Source of the DNA: Polyangiaceae bacterium | GTDB taxonomy: Bacteria > Myxococcota_A > Polyangia > Polyangiales > Polyangiaceae | Reading direction: 5' to 3' | Length of the DNA stretch: 64,000 bases | Assembly (NCBI GenBank): GCA_965222375.1 | Contig: CBDCTZ010000005.1 | Coordinates: forward strand, 448,001 to 512,000 | Shown here: piece after piece, positions 47,714-57,707 of the stretch | Numbering within the stretch: position 1 is the stretch's first letter | How the letters are laid out: each line of letters opens with the position of its first letter | Position numbers and translations under genes: made by a program | Notes under the pieces: model-generated | What the model saw: the letters and a program-made list of their open reading frames with translations, nothing else | Databases searched by the model: none | Told to the model about the DNA's origin: nothing

Positions 47714-49399
47714 ATGGCCATGAGCCGAGTGCGGAGCACCCTGCCCATTGCGCTTGGGGCGCTGATCGCGGTCGCTGCCGCGGTTGCGTTCTGGCTGGCG
47801 GGGCGCCAGCAGAGCGACAAGCTGCCCGGAGCAGCCCCGCCGCCGGTCTCGAGGACGGTCATGCGCTTCGTCGACTGCATGCTGCCACGGGCGGGACCCG
47901 ACAACTTCCGCGAACGAGTGCTGCTTGCGCCCCGCTCCCACCGAGTACTGGAGGCTTGTCAGCAGGTCCTCCAGCACGTCCGCCGTCAGCTGGCGGCGCC
48001 TGCCGCTCACGAAAAGCTCCAAGCGCTGCTGCCGAGACTCGAAGGCCTGCCCTTCGAACTCACGGCAGGTGAGCTGGCGACCAAGGTCGATCTCGACACG
48101 GTCAATACAGCCCTGCTGGACGCTCGGCGTGAGGTCTGCCGCCAACAACCCGCATCCGCCGCTTGCGCCCCGCGAGCACAAGCGGCGCTGCCCTCCGCCC
48201 TGCAGGTATTCGACGTGACTTTGCCCGAACCTGCACAGGGCAAGATCGAGTTCGCCAGCCATACGTCCCGGGACGGCTCGGCGACCTTGGCGCTGCTGAC
48301 CTTGGGCCGCGCCGGCGCGGCGCGGGCTTGGATCGCTCATTCCGTCGACGGCGGCAAGAACTGGGACACCGACAAGTACGATCTGCCCCCGGTGCCTGGC
48401 ACCAAGCACGTCATCCTGCGCGCTGTCGAAAAACACTGGCTGGTCGTGTTGCGTGAGCACGACAGCGGCGAGAGTCTGGACGCCCTTCGGTTCGAAGACA
48501 CGAAACTCGAACCCAAAGCACGCCTCGGCCTGCCGAAAGGGCAGCGCTTCGTTCGAGTGGGGGCGATCGCTGCGCAGGTTCGCACGACAGATCAAAGCTG
48601 GGTGGTCGTCGCCGTCCGCGACGACAATGGACAGCGGCCGGTGCGCTTGCACTATTTGAGCGCAGGCGACAAGGTGGACGTCCGCCAGCCTCCGAAGGTG
48701 GGGCTCGCTCCAAGAATCGGGCGAGCTGTCGGTCTGCTATCTGAGCAAGCTCCACGCTTGCTGCTGGAAGACGTTGCGCCGACGGGTTTCTACCGCCTCT
48801 GGCAGGTGGCCATTCCACCGCCCGATGTGGCCTGGCCCGAACCGACCTTCACGACGGTCGCGTACGTCGACGAGCTCAGCCTGGACGGGGCGAACGCGCC
48901 CCGCTGCGGCTTGCCCAACGAACCCTTCGACATCGTCACTGGCCGCGGCCCGAAGAAGGACGCTTTCTTCGCACTCTCCGAGCGCGCCATGTACCCCTTC
49001 AAGTTCGAACCCAAACCAGGCTCCAGCGTCCGCCCGGTGTGCGGGAGCTGCCCGCCTGGCCTGCTGGAAAGAACCAAGGACGGACTCCGGGTCTTTCTAC
49101 CGATCCGCCGCTCTTTGTCGGGCATGACGATCGATCTGGCAGCCGGATACTCGGCCGAAGTCACCCAACCCGTCGGCGTCGGCTGCACCGCGACGAAGCT
49201 GCTGCTTGCCTACCAAGTCGGCGAGGACCTCGTCGTCCAGCCCACCAAGGACGATTCCTGGCGCTACGCGCCCGCGACCATCGTAGCCCGCAAGACCCCC
49301 GTCGCCGATGTCGCCGTCCTCGGCATGCCCAAACGCTCCATCATCACCTGGCGCACCCCGTCCAAGACGCACCTCAAGGTCTATGCGATCGCGCGCTAG
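47714..49399 (+). CDS. Hypothetical membrane-anchored protein
   Basis: N-terminal TM; one Asp-box-like SVDGGKNW. Confidence 0.65.
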   Translation: MAMSRVRSTLPIALGALIAVAAAVAFWLAGRQQSDKLPGAAPPPVSRTVMRFVDCMLPRAGPDNFRERVLLAPRSHRVLEACQQVLQHVRRQLAAPAAHEKLQALLPRLEGLPFELTAGELATKVDLDTVNTALLDARREVCRQQPASAACAPRAQAALPSALQVFDVTLPEPAQGKIEFASHTSRDGSATLALLTLGRAGAARAWIAHSVDGGKNWDTDKYDLPPVPGTKHVILRAVEKHWLVVLREHDSGESLDALRFEDTKLEPKARLGLPKGQRFVRVGAIAAQVRTTDQSWVVVAVRDDNGQRPVRLHYLSAGDKVDVRQPPKVGLAPRIGRAVGLLSEQAPRLLLEDVAPTGFYRLWQVAIPPPDVAWPEPTFTTVAYVDELSLDGANAPRCGLPNEPFDIVTGRGPKKDAFFALSERAMYPFKFEPKPGSSVRPVCGSCPPGLLERTKDGLRVFLPIRRSLSGMTIDLAAGYSAEVTQPVGVGCTATKLLLAYQVGEDLVVQPTKDDSWRYAPATIVARKTPVADVAVLGMPKRSIITWRTPSKTHLKVYAIAR

Positions 49400-49436
49400 G
49401 GCCGCTCTGGAGCATCCGGAGTGATCCAAACAGCCC

Positions 49437-49832
49437 GTGAGTGGGGCGGGCGGGGGCGTCGACGCCGGCGGCGACGGCGCTAGTTGTGTGCCCAGCCCGG
49501 AGGTCTGCAACGGGAAAGACGACGACTGCGACAACCAGATTGACAACGACGCGAGTGACTCTGCGACCTGGTACCAAGACGATGACGGCGACGGCTTCGG
49601 CGTATCCAACACGACCCAGAAGGCATGCACTCAGCCTACCGGGTACGCTGCGCAGCCAGGCGATTGCGTCGACACGGACGCAAACTTCCACCCCAGCGCT
49701 CCCGAAATTGATTGCACAGATCCCAACGACTACAACTGCGACGGCAGCACGGGCTATGCTGATGCCGACAAGGACGGCGTCGCCGCTTGCGTGGACTGCA
49801 ACGATCTGGACCCAGCTATCGGCGCCTGCTGA
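49437..49832 (+). pseudogene. Fragment of a MopE-related putative metal-binding repeat protein
   Basis: EVCNGKDDDCD, WYQDDDGDGFG, GDCVD..FHPSAPE repeats. No signal peptide, stops mid-repeat close to the island boundary. Confidence 0.55.
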
Positions 49833-50179
49833 GAGTCAGTGTCTTCAATCGAGCTCACGAACCGCAGGCTCTGCGGACCGTGGACTACGTCGGAGAATTG
49901 AACCGACGACACAATCGTACACGACAGACCTCGCGCCATGTTGACGCGCTTCGATCCTATCTCTTCGTGGCTTTTTTGGGCGGGCCTTTCGGGTAACGCA
50001 TCTGCACGCACTGGCCGCGGTGCCCGAAGGACTATTCAGGTCACTCAGAACGCGCGGGTGACTGCACGGCACTCAAGGGCGCCGCCAAGCCTATCGGTTC
50101 CAGCCGAAAACGTTTCGAACGAAGTCGTTGAATTCGCCAATCCAGCACGTACCCCGGGTCCACCCATCAGGTCGGACAG

Positions 50180-50369
50180 GAGACTTGCGCCGGCGGCGAA
50201 TTCCATGTGCACGCAACACTAGTCACGATCTAGAGACGCAACGCTTCGCACCATGAAGCCTAAAGTCGGCGTCACAGGAATGCTTACTGACGCGAAATAT
50301 CTCGTGAATCTGCGATCCAGTGCTGAAGGAGAGACTTGACTCACGGGAGTAACCCCAACGGATTTTGAA
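50180..50369 (-). repeat. Left copy of a ~190-bp direct repeat containing the 3' half of tRNA-Leu (att-like)
   Basis: Colinear with 55468-55660 (roughly 80% by eye, one 3-nt deletion). Ends exactly in the anticodon loop (GGATTTTGAA). Confidence 0.9.
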
Positions 50370-50673
50370 AACACGAGCGCTGCACGTAGATGCACGATTT
50401 GTCCGCCATTCTGCACGTTAGCGAGCGGCGACCGTGCACTTGCGTGCTGGTAAGTGCGTGAAGGACAGTTCGGGGGACAGCTCTCACGCTGAACTAGCTC
50501 TGTCGGGAATTTCCCAGAGCGCGGATAAAAGCCAACCCGCCTGCTCGACGTGTCGAGTGACGAGAGGGTCGGGCTGTTCTTCGCTTGTCGAAGCAACCCG
50601 AACGTCGACGGATACGTCTACCCGTTCGTTGGGTAGCCGTTCACGGGTATGACGGCCGGGGTTGGGCGGTGGC

Positions 50674-50935
50674 GTAAGTGATCGGAATCGCTCCATAAGA
50701 AAGATTGTGCTTTCCATGAGGCGCTTGCTCGTGCATCTCGTCGGGGGTGGGGCGCGATTGGCGGGACGACGAATCAGCGAGCTGGAAGCACGGCTGCGGG
50801 CTCAAGATGCCGAACTCGCCGCGTAAGATGCGCGGATCGCTGAGCTCGAGCAACAGTTCGCGGCCCTAGCCGAGAAACTTGGGCAGAATTCGAGTAAGTG
50901 GCACCGGCCGCCGTCCAGCGACTCGCCGGAAATCC
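50674..50935 (+). pseudogene. IS66-family transposase 5' remnant (DUF6444-like N-terminus)
   Basis: From GTG 50747: VGRDWRD / frameshift / RISELEARLRAQDAELAA*DARIAELEQQFAALAEKLGQNSSKWHRPPSSDSP. Possible left end GTAAGTG at 50674. Confidence 0.7.
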
Positions 50936-50937
50936 GC

Positions 50938-51216
50938 CTAGGTCAACGAAAGCGCCTCGCTACCGCGCATCCCTTCCCTAGCGAGGAATCCGAACAGCAG
51001 GCGCTCGGCCAAAGGCAACTCACGGCACACCAATACCTTGGCTTCCTCGGCCGGGTAGAGCCACTGGTCCGCTTTCTTGCCCTTGACCTTCGGGAGCCAG
51101 CCCTTTGGCAAAGGCGACAACTCGCGTAATCTCGCGGGATAGACGGCCATGCACAGCAGCCGGTGCAGCGCCTGAGCGATCTGACGCCGCGCAGCGGTGC
51201 TGAGAGCGCTCGGCAA
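50938..51216 (-). pseudogene. Tyrosine recombinase/integrase fragment
   Basis: RRQIAQALHRLL..AVYP...SPLP...WLYPAEE...LLFGFLAREGMRGSEALSLT (box I Arg), truncated right after box I where the IS66 remnant abuts. Confidence 0.75.
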
Positions 51217-51692
51217 CCGGGCTGCGCGGCTGAGCGCTTTTCACGAGCGGCATGTTCCACGATCTCGACGACCCGCATCCGCCTCACGATGCCGCTAGAT
51301 CGACCGAAGCTCGAAAATTGCTCAAGCGCGCTAGCTTGGCACGCGACGCAGGCGGTTAGAGAGACGAGCTTGCCGATCCGGGCCCGCTCCGCGCCCAAGT
51401 TCCCACGCTGCCCGTCCTCGCGCGCGACGGCTTGGCTGCACGGAGCGGCCTGGCGAGAGTTAGGTCTTCGAGATGACGCAGTTGGTCAGCACACGGGATT
51501 CATAACGTCAAAGACAACGACTTCTGTGCTGAGCCGAGCACCAGACTCAACAGGCCGGGGTAAAGGGTTGGCAAGCGCATGGGTCGCTGCCGCCGAGCGG
51601 TTCTTGCCAATTCGCCGTCGCGCGCCCTCCGTTGGTGCTATCCGAAGCGGAACACATTTCGCGAAGGCCGCGGGCCAGATGGAGCGCGAGCA

Positions 51693-52574
51693 CTAGGTGG
51701 GATGAGCGGCACCGCGAAGCAACTTCGCGTCGCGACGGGTGATATGTACAAGATGACGCATCACGCATCGAATTCTCGCGGTATCCTTGAGCTCATCCAC
51801 CAAGACGAGCCACAGTGTGCGCTTAGGCACTGTGCGGTTGGTCCGGATGCGCCGTATTCGGCCATCGCCTGCCATATACGCTGGGAGTAGCCCGTGCGCG
51901 AGCCCCGCCGCAACAGCCTCATAGTGCACTGCCATGGAGTTGCTTCCCAAACGCCGTCGCGATTGAGGGAAGGACTCGGCTAGCCATCGGGTCTCGAGCG
52001 ATGGTTGAAACTGGGGTTCAAAATCGATGATTGGCACAGTCGCCGTAAGCTTCCGAGCTTGCGTCGCCTTGTTTCCAAAGAAGCCCATGCCAATCTCGGC
52101 GAGTTTTCTCACCACGACTCCGCTTCCGCTAGGTTGATTGAACCTCAGAGCAATGTCCGCCTCCCCCGCGCCCAAGGACAGTTCCTGGTTCGTCGCGATG
52201 AGCTCAAGTCGCAGGCCCTCGTGACGGTCTAGAAGTGGACGTAACCTAGGTGCGAGGTAGTGGCTCATGAATGTTGGGGGCGCCGTTAGACGGACGACGC
52301 CCGTCACGTCGGTCATCTTGGAAACTGCGGCTTGGGCAAGGCGTGCCGCGTCCACCTCCATGGTCGCGGCGCATGCTGCGGCCCGTGAACCCGCTTGAGT
52401 CAACGTGGCGCGTGCGCCAGCGCGACTGACCAGTTTGACTCCCAGGCTGCCCTCCAGCACGTCCAGGCGACGACCCACGGTCGACGGATGAACCCGCAAT
52501 GCGCGCGCGGCCGCGCCGAACGAGCCGGTTCGCCCAACCGCTAATAGCATTCGTGCATCATCCCAAGAGAACAT
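51693..52574 (-). CDS. LysR-family transcriptional regulator
   Basis: WDDARMLLAVGRTGSFGAAARAL.VHPSTVGRR HTH; GVVRLTAP; EADIALR. Confidence 0.92.
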   Translation of the reverse strand: MFSWDDARMLLAVGRTGSFGAAARALRVHPSTVGRRLDVLEGSLGVKLVSRAGARATLTQAGSRAAACAATMEVDAARLAQAAVSKMTDVTGVVRLTAPPTFMSHYLAPRLRPLLDRHEGLRLELIATNQELSLGAGEADIALRFNQPSGSGVVVRKLAEIGMGFFGNKATQARKLTATVPIIDFEPQFQPSLETRWLAESFPQSRRRLGSNSMAVHYEAVAAGLAHGLLPAYMAGDGRIRRIRTNRTVPKRTLWLVLVDELKDTARIRCVMRHLVHITRRDAKLLRGAAHPT

Positions 52575-52646
52575 CCTGCAATTATGCAAGCTAAGATTGC
52601 CGAAGAGCAACGTGCATTTCGCGCCGTGGAGTTGCACAGTCTTCCC

Positions 52647-53414
52647 ATGACCCCAGAACTGACCAAGATTGAGCGCCGTGATGGCGGCGTCGCGGTTCTT
52701 TATCTGTGTCGAATCGACAAGCGTAACGCACTCTCTCAGCAGCTCAGGGACGCGATTTCGGCGGACCTAGCCGCGTTGCGTCTCGATGACGGAGTCCGGA
52801 GCATCGTCCTGACAGGAACGCCAGATTGCTTCTGCGCTGGTTACGATATTTCCGAGCTGGCCGAAACGGGTTTGCGTTCTCTCTTCGTCCGGGCAGTCAG
52901 CTTCACCAAGGCGACCTACTACTTCCCCAAGCCAGTTGTTGTGGCAGTGGGCGGATTCGCTCTGGGTGGTGGATTCGACCTCGCGCTTTCGGGGGATCTC
53001 ATCGTTTCCACGCCTGAAGCGCGTTTCGGACGACCTGAGGTGCGCTTTGGACTGAATCCGATCCTGTCAAAGCTTGCGCAGAGAGTGGGAATCCCGCGAG
53101 CAGTACAGCTTTCGACAACGGGGGAGTTACTCGGCGGTGAGCTTGCCCACGAACTGGGCGTTGTGGACACCTTGAGTGCCAGGGGCGAACTCCTCGACTC
53201 TGCTGTTGAAGCGGCCGAGAGGTTTGCCATCGCTCCTGGTTGGGCCACCAGAGCAGTCAAGCGGACCGCCCGTGCAATTGGGGGAATGGACGCACGAGCG
53301 GCAATCGAATACGAGTATGCCGTGACCGCGGAGATCTGCGCGAGCTCAGAGGTCACGAACCTCCTTTACGACCATGCGCGCCGTGTGAACGTCAGCGCGG
53401 CAGTGCGGAGATAG
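52647..53414 (+). CDS. Enoyl-CoA hydratase/isomerase family protein
   Basis: KRNALS, FCAGYDI, PKPVVVAVGGFALGGG, FGRPEV. Divergent from the LysR gene. Confidence 0.9.
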   Translation: MTPELTKIERRDGGVAVLYLCRIDKRNALSQQLRDAISADLAALRLDDGVRSIVLTGTPDCFCAGYDISELAETGLRSLFVRAVSFTKATYYFPKPVVVAVGGFALGGGFDLALSGDLIVSTPEARFGRPEVRFGLNPILSKLAQRVGIPRAVQLSTTGELLGGELAHELGVVDTLSARGELLDSAVEAAERFAIAPGWATRAVKRTARAIGGMDARAAIEYEYAVTAEICASSEVTNLLYDHARRVNVSAAVRR

Positions 53415-53552
53415 CTGCGTGTCGCTTCTTACTCATGCACTGAACTGGGCTAGCGGTTGGACTCTAACTCCGCCCACTCTGGCCCGCAACCGCTCCACAG
53501 CGCTTGCATGGCGCATGTTCCATCCGTGCAAGTTCAACCGAAGAGGCTGCAA

Positions 53553-53783
53553 ATGAAGTCCACTCACGCCGTTATTGTTGTTTCAGTAGTCGTTGTGATT
53601 GCCTGTGGCGGCGGTGGCGCGGGAGGCGGCGGAACGGGTGGGTCCGGCGCAATGGTCGGCACCGGCCCGGTGACCGTGGCGGACGTTCCAACGGCCGCTG
53701 AATTCAAAAAGACGATCGAACAGTCAGTCGTGAGGGACCACCAAATGTCGCCCAGCCGAGCGGCCGTGTGGTTCCGGATTTGA
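53553..53783 (+). CDS. Short lipoprotein-like ORF, probably truncated
   Basis: MKSTHAVIVVSVVVVIA-C plus a Gly-rich linker, then an early stop. Confidence 0.4.
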   Translation: MKSTHAVIVVSVVVVIACGGGGAGGGGTGGSGAMVGTGPVTVADVPTAAEFKKTIEQSVVRDHQMSPSRAAVWFRI

Positions 53784-53924
53784 AAGCGTGTTCGCGCTTG
53801 GGGGTGTAATGCGTGACGATCCCTGGCTGCGCATCGTTTCGCTAGGATGGACGCCAAGACCTTTTTCACGACGAGTGGTGGCCGTGCGGCGCTGGCGTCC
53901 GCGGACGGCTACGGAGGGTTGGTG

Positions 53925-54371
53925 ATGAAAAACAGCTATACATATTCCAAAGGCGTGAAATCGATGTTTGTATTCGTGGCGGTTGTCTGCGCGTTGCTCG
54001 TCGTCACCTTGCCCATCGCAGTGTACATCCTGATCAAGCGGAGCTCAGCCAAGCTAGAGTTCGACGACACCGGCTTCCGCGTGAGTGGACTGGGGTTGTC
54101 GTCACGCTGGGACTTTCAGGAAATCGCTCGGCTCGGCACGTTGTGCGTGGAAATTGTTGGCGGAGGTCCACTCGTTCGGCTCAATGGCGGCAGCGTGGCG
54201 GTCAACTTGGTTGCGAAAACCAAGAGTGGCAAGACGTTGAAGTTCATGCTGTCCCGCTTTGAAGACTGGAAGGAGATCTTGGAGCGAGTCGAGCGGCAAA
54301 CGGGTCTACCTCTGGAGACCGTCGTGCCTGGTATCGTCGGACCGGCTTGGCCCAAAGTGCCGGGTGGTTGA
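53925..54371 (+). CDS. Hypothetical membrane protein (one N-terminal hydrophobic hairpin, PH-like beta region)
   Basis: GGAGG RBS before ATG 53925; hydrophobic MFVFVAVVCALLVVTLPIAVYILI. Confidence 0.65.
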   Translation: MKNSYTYSKGVKSMFVFVAVVCALLVVTLPIAVYILIKRSSAKLEFDDTGFRVSGLGLSSRWDFQEIARLGTLCVEIVGGGPLVRLNGGSVAVNLVAKTKSGKTLKFMLSRFEDWKEILERVERQTGLPLETVVPGIVGPAWPKVPGG

Positions 54372-55454
54372 CCTTGAGCGGGAGATTGGCGACTCGGAAT
54401 GATGTTGCGCACCAAGATGCGCCTACCACCGCCGCCGCTGAACGATGACGCGCTAGATGTGTGGGCGCTGCGCGAACTGGATGATTCGATGCAGTGTGCT
54501 CTGGCCGGAGAGTAGGGGCACGTTAAGGAGGACGGCTAGAACGATGACGCCGTGGAGCTTCTTGTCGGCATCCGCGGGCGCCTCTACAAGTGTGGTCCCG
54601 TGGGTGGCGTCCAACGATGTGGGTCCGTAGCTGCCATTGGAACCGGACCGATGACCGCAGTGGCCGTAGCTGAGGTCTTGAGGGGACAACCTCGACAGCG
54701 CCTCCGGGAGGCGTTGGTTCGCATGGCCGCCAGGTACCAGAGTGTTGAGCCGCCGTGGTGTTTCGTGTTGACGTAGCGATCACATGCCCGCGAACATCCC
54801 GCGCATGTTAGGGTTCGTTGCTCGTGGGGACGACTACTGCCAACGGCAAAGAGAAGTAGGAGAGGCCGCGCACCGCCCAGCGCCCCGTCCGACTGGGTCT
54901 CACCTCCGTAGAAGCCGCCCGCGTCGGGAACCGCCCCCGAACTCGGGCGTGAGCAGCGGTCGGGCCCGTAGTTTTTTGGCGACGCTGCGCGTGTCACAGT
55001 CAGCGTCGACTGCAATTTGACGGAGTGTTCAACAACCTGCCGCGCAATCTCCGCTAGCTTGCGCGTCAGGACCAGCGCTTGCGCCTCATACAACGCCTCG
55101 CGGTACTTTTCTGCATCTGAGCCAGCAACTCGGCGCGCGGGTGCTTTGCGACCTTCAGCGTAGCGGTACAGGACAGCGTCTATAGCTTCTAGTTCATCGA
55201 GCAGGTTCGAGGCATCGGTAGCGAGCTGAATCAGTCCAAGTGCGCGCTCACGGTGCCGGCCGCCCGCCAGCCCTGGTAGGTGACGGCACCGCGCGCTCCC
55301 TGGGTTTGCGGTCGCGCGTCGGCTGCTTACGCTTCACGCCGCTACCCATACCGCCCTTCCTGAACGCCTGCCACTTTCGCTAACTGTCCCGCGAACTGTC
55401 TCGGCGCGTTGAACTGTGAATACTTGAAGTAGCGAGAACTCGAATGATTCCGCG

Positions 55455-55475
55455 TGGTGCCGAAGGAGAGACTTG
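55455..55475 (-). repeat. Extra 21-bp copy of the tRNA-Leu 3' end carrying CCA
   Basis: Minus strand CAAGTCTCTCCTTCGGCACCA, 133 bp downstream of the intact tRNA, which itself lacks an encoded CCA. Confidence 0.85.
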
Positions 55476-55608
55476 CGTCGGCGGCGAATACTTTGGGGAT
55501 GCGACGCAAATCACGATCTAGGGACGCAACGCGTCGCCTCAGGAGGCCTAAAGTCGACGTCACAAGAACGCACACTGACGCGAAATATGTCCGGGCTTTG
55601 CGATCCAG

Positions 55609-55692
55609 TGCCGAAGGAGAGACTTGAACTCTCACGGGAGTAACCCCAACGGATTTTGAATCCGCCGCGTCTGCCGATTCCGCCACTTCGGC
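55609..55692 (-). tRNA. tRNA-Leu (anticodon CAA)
   Basis: GCCGAAGTGGCGGAATCGGCAGACGCGGCGGATTCAAAATCCGTTGGGGTTACTCCCGTGAGAGTTCAAGTCTCTCCTTCGGCA: cloverleaf, long variable arm, TTCAA T-loop. Confidence 0.97.
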
Positions 55693-55926
55693 TGAAGTGA
55701 TGTGCTCGATACTACTGGGCGGGTCGACTTCGACCCACCGAGGCGCCCGAGATAGCATCATCGAGGGGCGCGAGCCAACCCCATCGCCGCCTGGCGGGGC
55801 GCCGGGGGGGCCTAGGTCAGGAGTAGGGGCCCAGTGCCGGCAAGGGATGCGACCCAACCAACCCAAGAACTCAGCGCCTTGGGGAGCCGCGCCCGCGACG
55901 CCTGGCCACCGGCCCGGCTCAGGCGC

Positions 55927-56219
55927 TCAGCCCGCGGTCACGGTCGGGTTCAGGGGGGTCGTGTAGTCCACAACTTCCCCCAACGGGCGTGTGGACCGCT
56001 CTGCGCGACGCCAGGCTGCGGCGTGCCCCAAGCTGCCCGGCTCGTGCTTCAACGCCAGGTCCATGCCTTGCCCCAGCTCACTGCCGATGTGGCGCAGCGC
56101 TTCGAGTCGGCGGGAGTCGCCCGGCCGTCACCGATGGGCGGCATACATCGCGCGGACGATCCCGAGGAGGTCGCGGACGGCCTCGAAAAGGGAATGCAAC
56201 GCCCGCGCGTCGCCAACAT
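55927..56219 (-). pseudogene. Probable pseudogene of a small helical protein
   Basis: MLATRGRCIP / frameshift at CCCTTTTC / FEAVRDLLGIVRAMYAAHR*RPGDSRRLEALRHIGSELGQGMDLALKHEPGSLGHAAAWRRAERSTRPLGEVV. Reads protein-like across an in-frame TGA. Confidence 0.45.
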
Positions 56220-56258
56220 CGTCTTGCGTTATCCAGCCCGAACTGTCATGGCTAGCGC

Positions 56259-56888
56259 ATGCGGCCCCGGCGGACAACGAACGACGGCGCTGAGGCCGAA
56301 AGGGCCCAGCACCAGCGCGGAAGGCGCCGCAGCCTCGTCGCATTGGGAACTCTGCTGTCCAACACGCGCGTCACCGCCGCCCGGCGCGCTCGCCTGGGCG
56401 TCGACCCCACAGTGTGGAGGCAGGTCGTGGGAGGGAAGATCGACCAGAACACCCGAGTCGGGCAGCTGAAGCGTGGCGTGTTGGAAGTACGCGTCGGCTC
56501 GGCGGCTTGGGCGCAGGAGTTGACGTTCCATGGTCCAATGATTGTCAAACGCCTGCGGGAAGCGGGGCTCCAAGTAGATTCGCTTCGTTTTCGAGTCGAC
56601 GCCGCTCTGGACGTGGCTGAGAGCATGACCAAACCGGCGGCTGCGGCCCGCGAGCCCGTTCCCCTACCTCAGGAAATTGCCGTCAGACTCGAGGATGTGG
56701 ACGACGCTGAGTTGCGCTCCGCGATCGCCGAGGCAGCAAGCCATTGGCTGGCGTTCGAAGGCGCTACTTCGCCGCGGCCAGGCGCTCGAGGCCCTCGACC
56801 CGCTGCGCTAGAAAGCGGTCGGCCGGTCCGAAGCCAGGGGCAATCGCGCGCAGCAACGCCACGTAAGAGCGGAGTAGGGCGAGATTGA
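56259..56888 (+). CDS. DUF721 (DciA-like) protein
   Basis: WRQVVGGKIDQNTR...GVLEVRVGSAAWAQELTF...IVKRL. The 3' end overlaps the converging FHA gene by 125 bp. Confidence 0.8.
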   Translation: MRPRRTTNDGAEAERAQHQRGRRRSLVALGTLLSNTRVTAARRARLGVDPTVWRQVVGGKIDQNTRVGQLKRGVLEVRVGSAAWAQELTFHGPMIVKRLREAGLQVDSLRFRVDAALDVAESMTKPAAAAREPVPLPQEIAVRLEDVDDAELRSAIAEAASHWLAFEGATSPRPGARGPRPAALESGRPVRSQGQSRAATPRKSGVGRD

Positions 56889-57636
56889 TGTCCGACACTT
56901 GGCGCAGCACGGTGTACAGCTGATCCACCACTGTGCCGGGGAGCGGGCGCTTCTGGGTCATGAACAGCTCCACCGCGTAATCCACCCACTCGCCCTTCTT
57001 CGTTGCCTCAGCCAACTTCACCGCGTATCCGACCGCCTTGTCAGCATTCTTCGGGCCAGGGCCCTTTCCACTTCGTGCCAGCTCGAGCAGGTTGCGCAAA
57101 TACGACGCCAGGATTTTCTCGGCCTCTTCGCCGCGGCCCAATGCCAACACCTTATCGGCCACGCCGCCAAGCAGTTCGAGCGCATCTCCTTGATGAGTGG
57201 ACTCAGAGTCATCGTCCTCGCGGAACGTGGGATTGCGCTCTAGGCCAACCAAGGTCACCGCTGTGGAGCGTCCTTCGGAATCAGGTGGGGCTGTGCTGGA
57301 GATGTGAGCGCGAACGACAAACTCCTGCTTGCCAACGACGATTCGATCCCCTGCGATCAGCAGCCGGGTGCCATTGACCCGCTGCCCGTTGACGAAGACC
57401 CCATTGACGCTGCCTAGGTCCTCGAGACGAATCGCCGCGGGCTCGACCACGATGCGCGCGTGGCGACGCGACACCAAGGCGTCATCGAGGACAATCTCCG
57501 CGGAGGTGCTCCGCCCCATCACGTATGCGCCAGGAGAGACGTCCAGAGTTTGCCCGTCGTATTCGAGGGCAAACCGGATTTTGGCAGAACTTTCGCCAGA
57601 CACCGCAGGCAACCTTTTCGTCGGGAACAAGCCCAA
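56764..57636 (-). CDS. FHA-domain protein (paralog 1)
   Basis: MGRS, VSRRHA, DLGSVNG; helical C-terminal domain. Confidence 0.9.
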   Translation of the reverse strand: MGLFPTKRLPAVSGESSAKIRFALEYDGQTLDVSPGAYVMGRSTSAEIVLDDALVSRRHARIVVEPAAIRLEDLGSVNGVFVNGQRVNGTRLLIAGDRIVVGKQEFVVRAHISSTAPPDSEGRSTAVTLVGLERNPTFREDDDSESTHQGDALELLGGVADKVLALGRGEEAEKILASYLRNLLELARSGKGPGPKNADKAVGYAVKLAEATKKGEWVDYAVELFMTQKRPLPGTVVDQLYTVLRQVSDINLALLRSYVALLRAIAPGFGPADRFLAQRVEGLERLAAAK

Positions 57637-57707
57637 CCTTCAGCCTAGCGCAGCTGCCGGCATTTCGGGCCGACAAATCGGCGAGTTTCCCCTTGCCCGC
57701 GGCGAAT

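Larger units (their letters stand above)
50180..55660. mobile_element. Decayed genomic island integrated at tRNA-Leu(CAA)
   Basis: Terminal direct repeat containing tRNA sequence, tyrosine-recombinase and IS66 remnants, inverted 17-bp sites near both ends, visibly more AT-rich and gene-poor sequence. Confidence 0.82.

Noticed and set aside
50320..50369. Second tRNA-Leu gene
   Set aside because: Only the 3' half is present, with a 3-nt T-arm deletion; this is an att remnant.
54430..55330. Short ORFs in the right part of the island
   Set aside because: No recognisable family or reliable start; probably decayed cargo, so not called.
55476..55608. tRNA intron or tmRNA-like insert between tRNA ends
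   Set aside because: The upstream tRNA is already complete, and no group I core or tag reading frame is recognisable.
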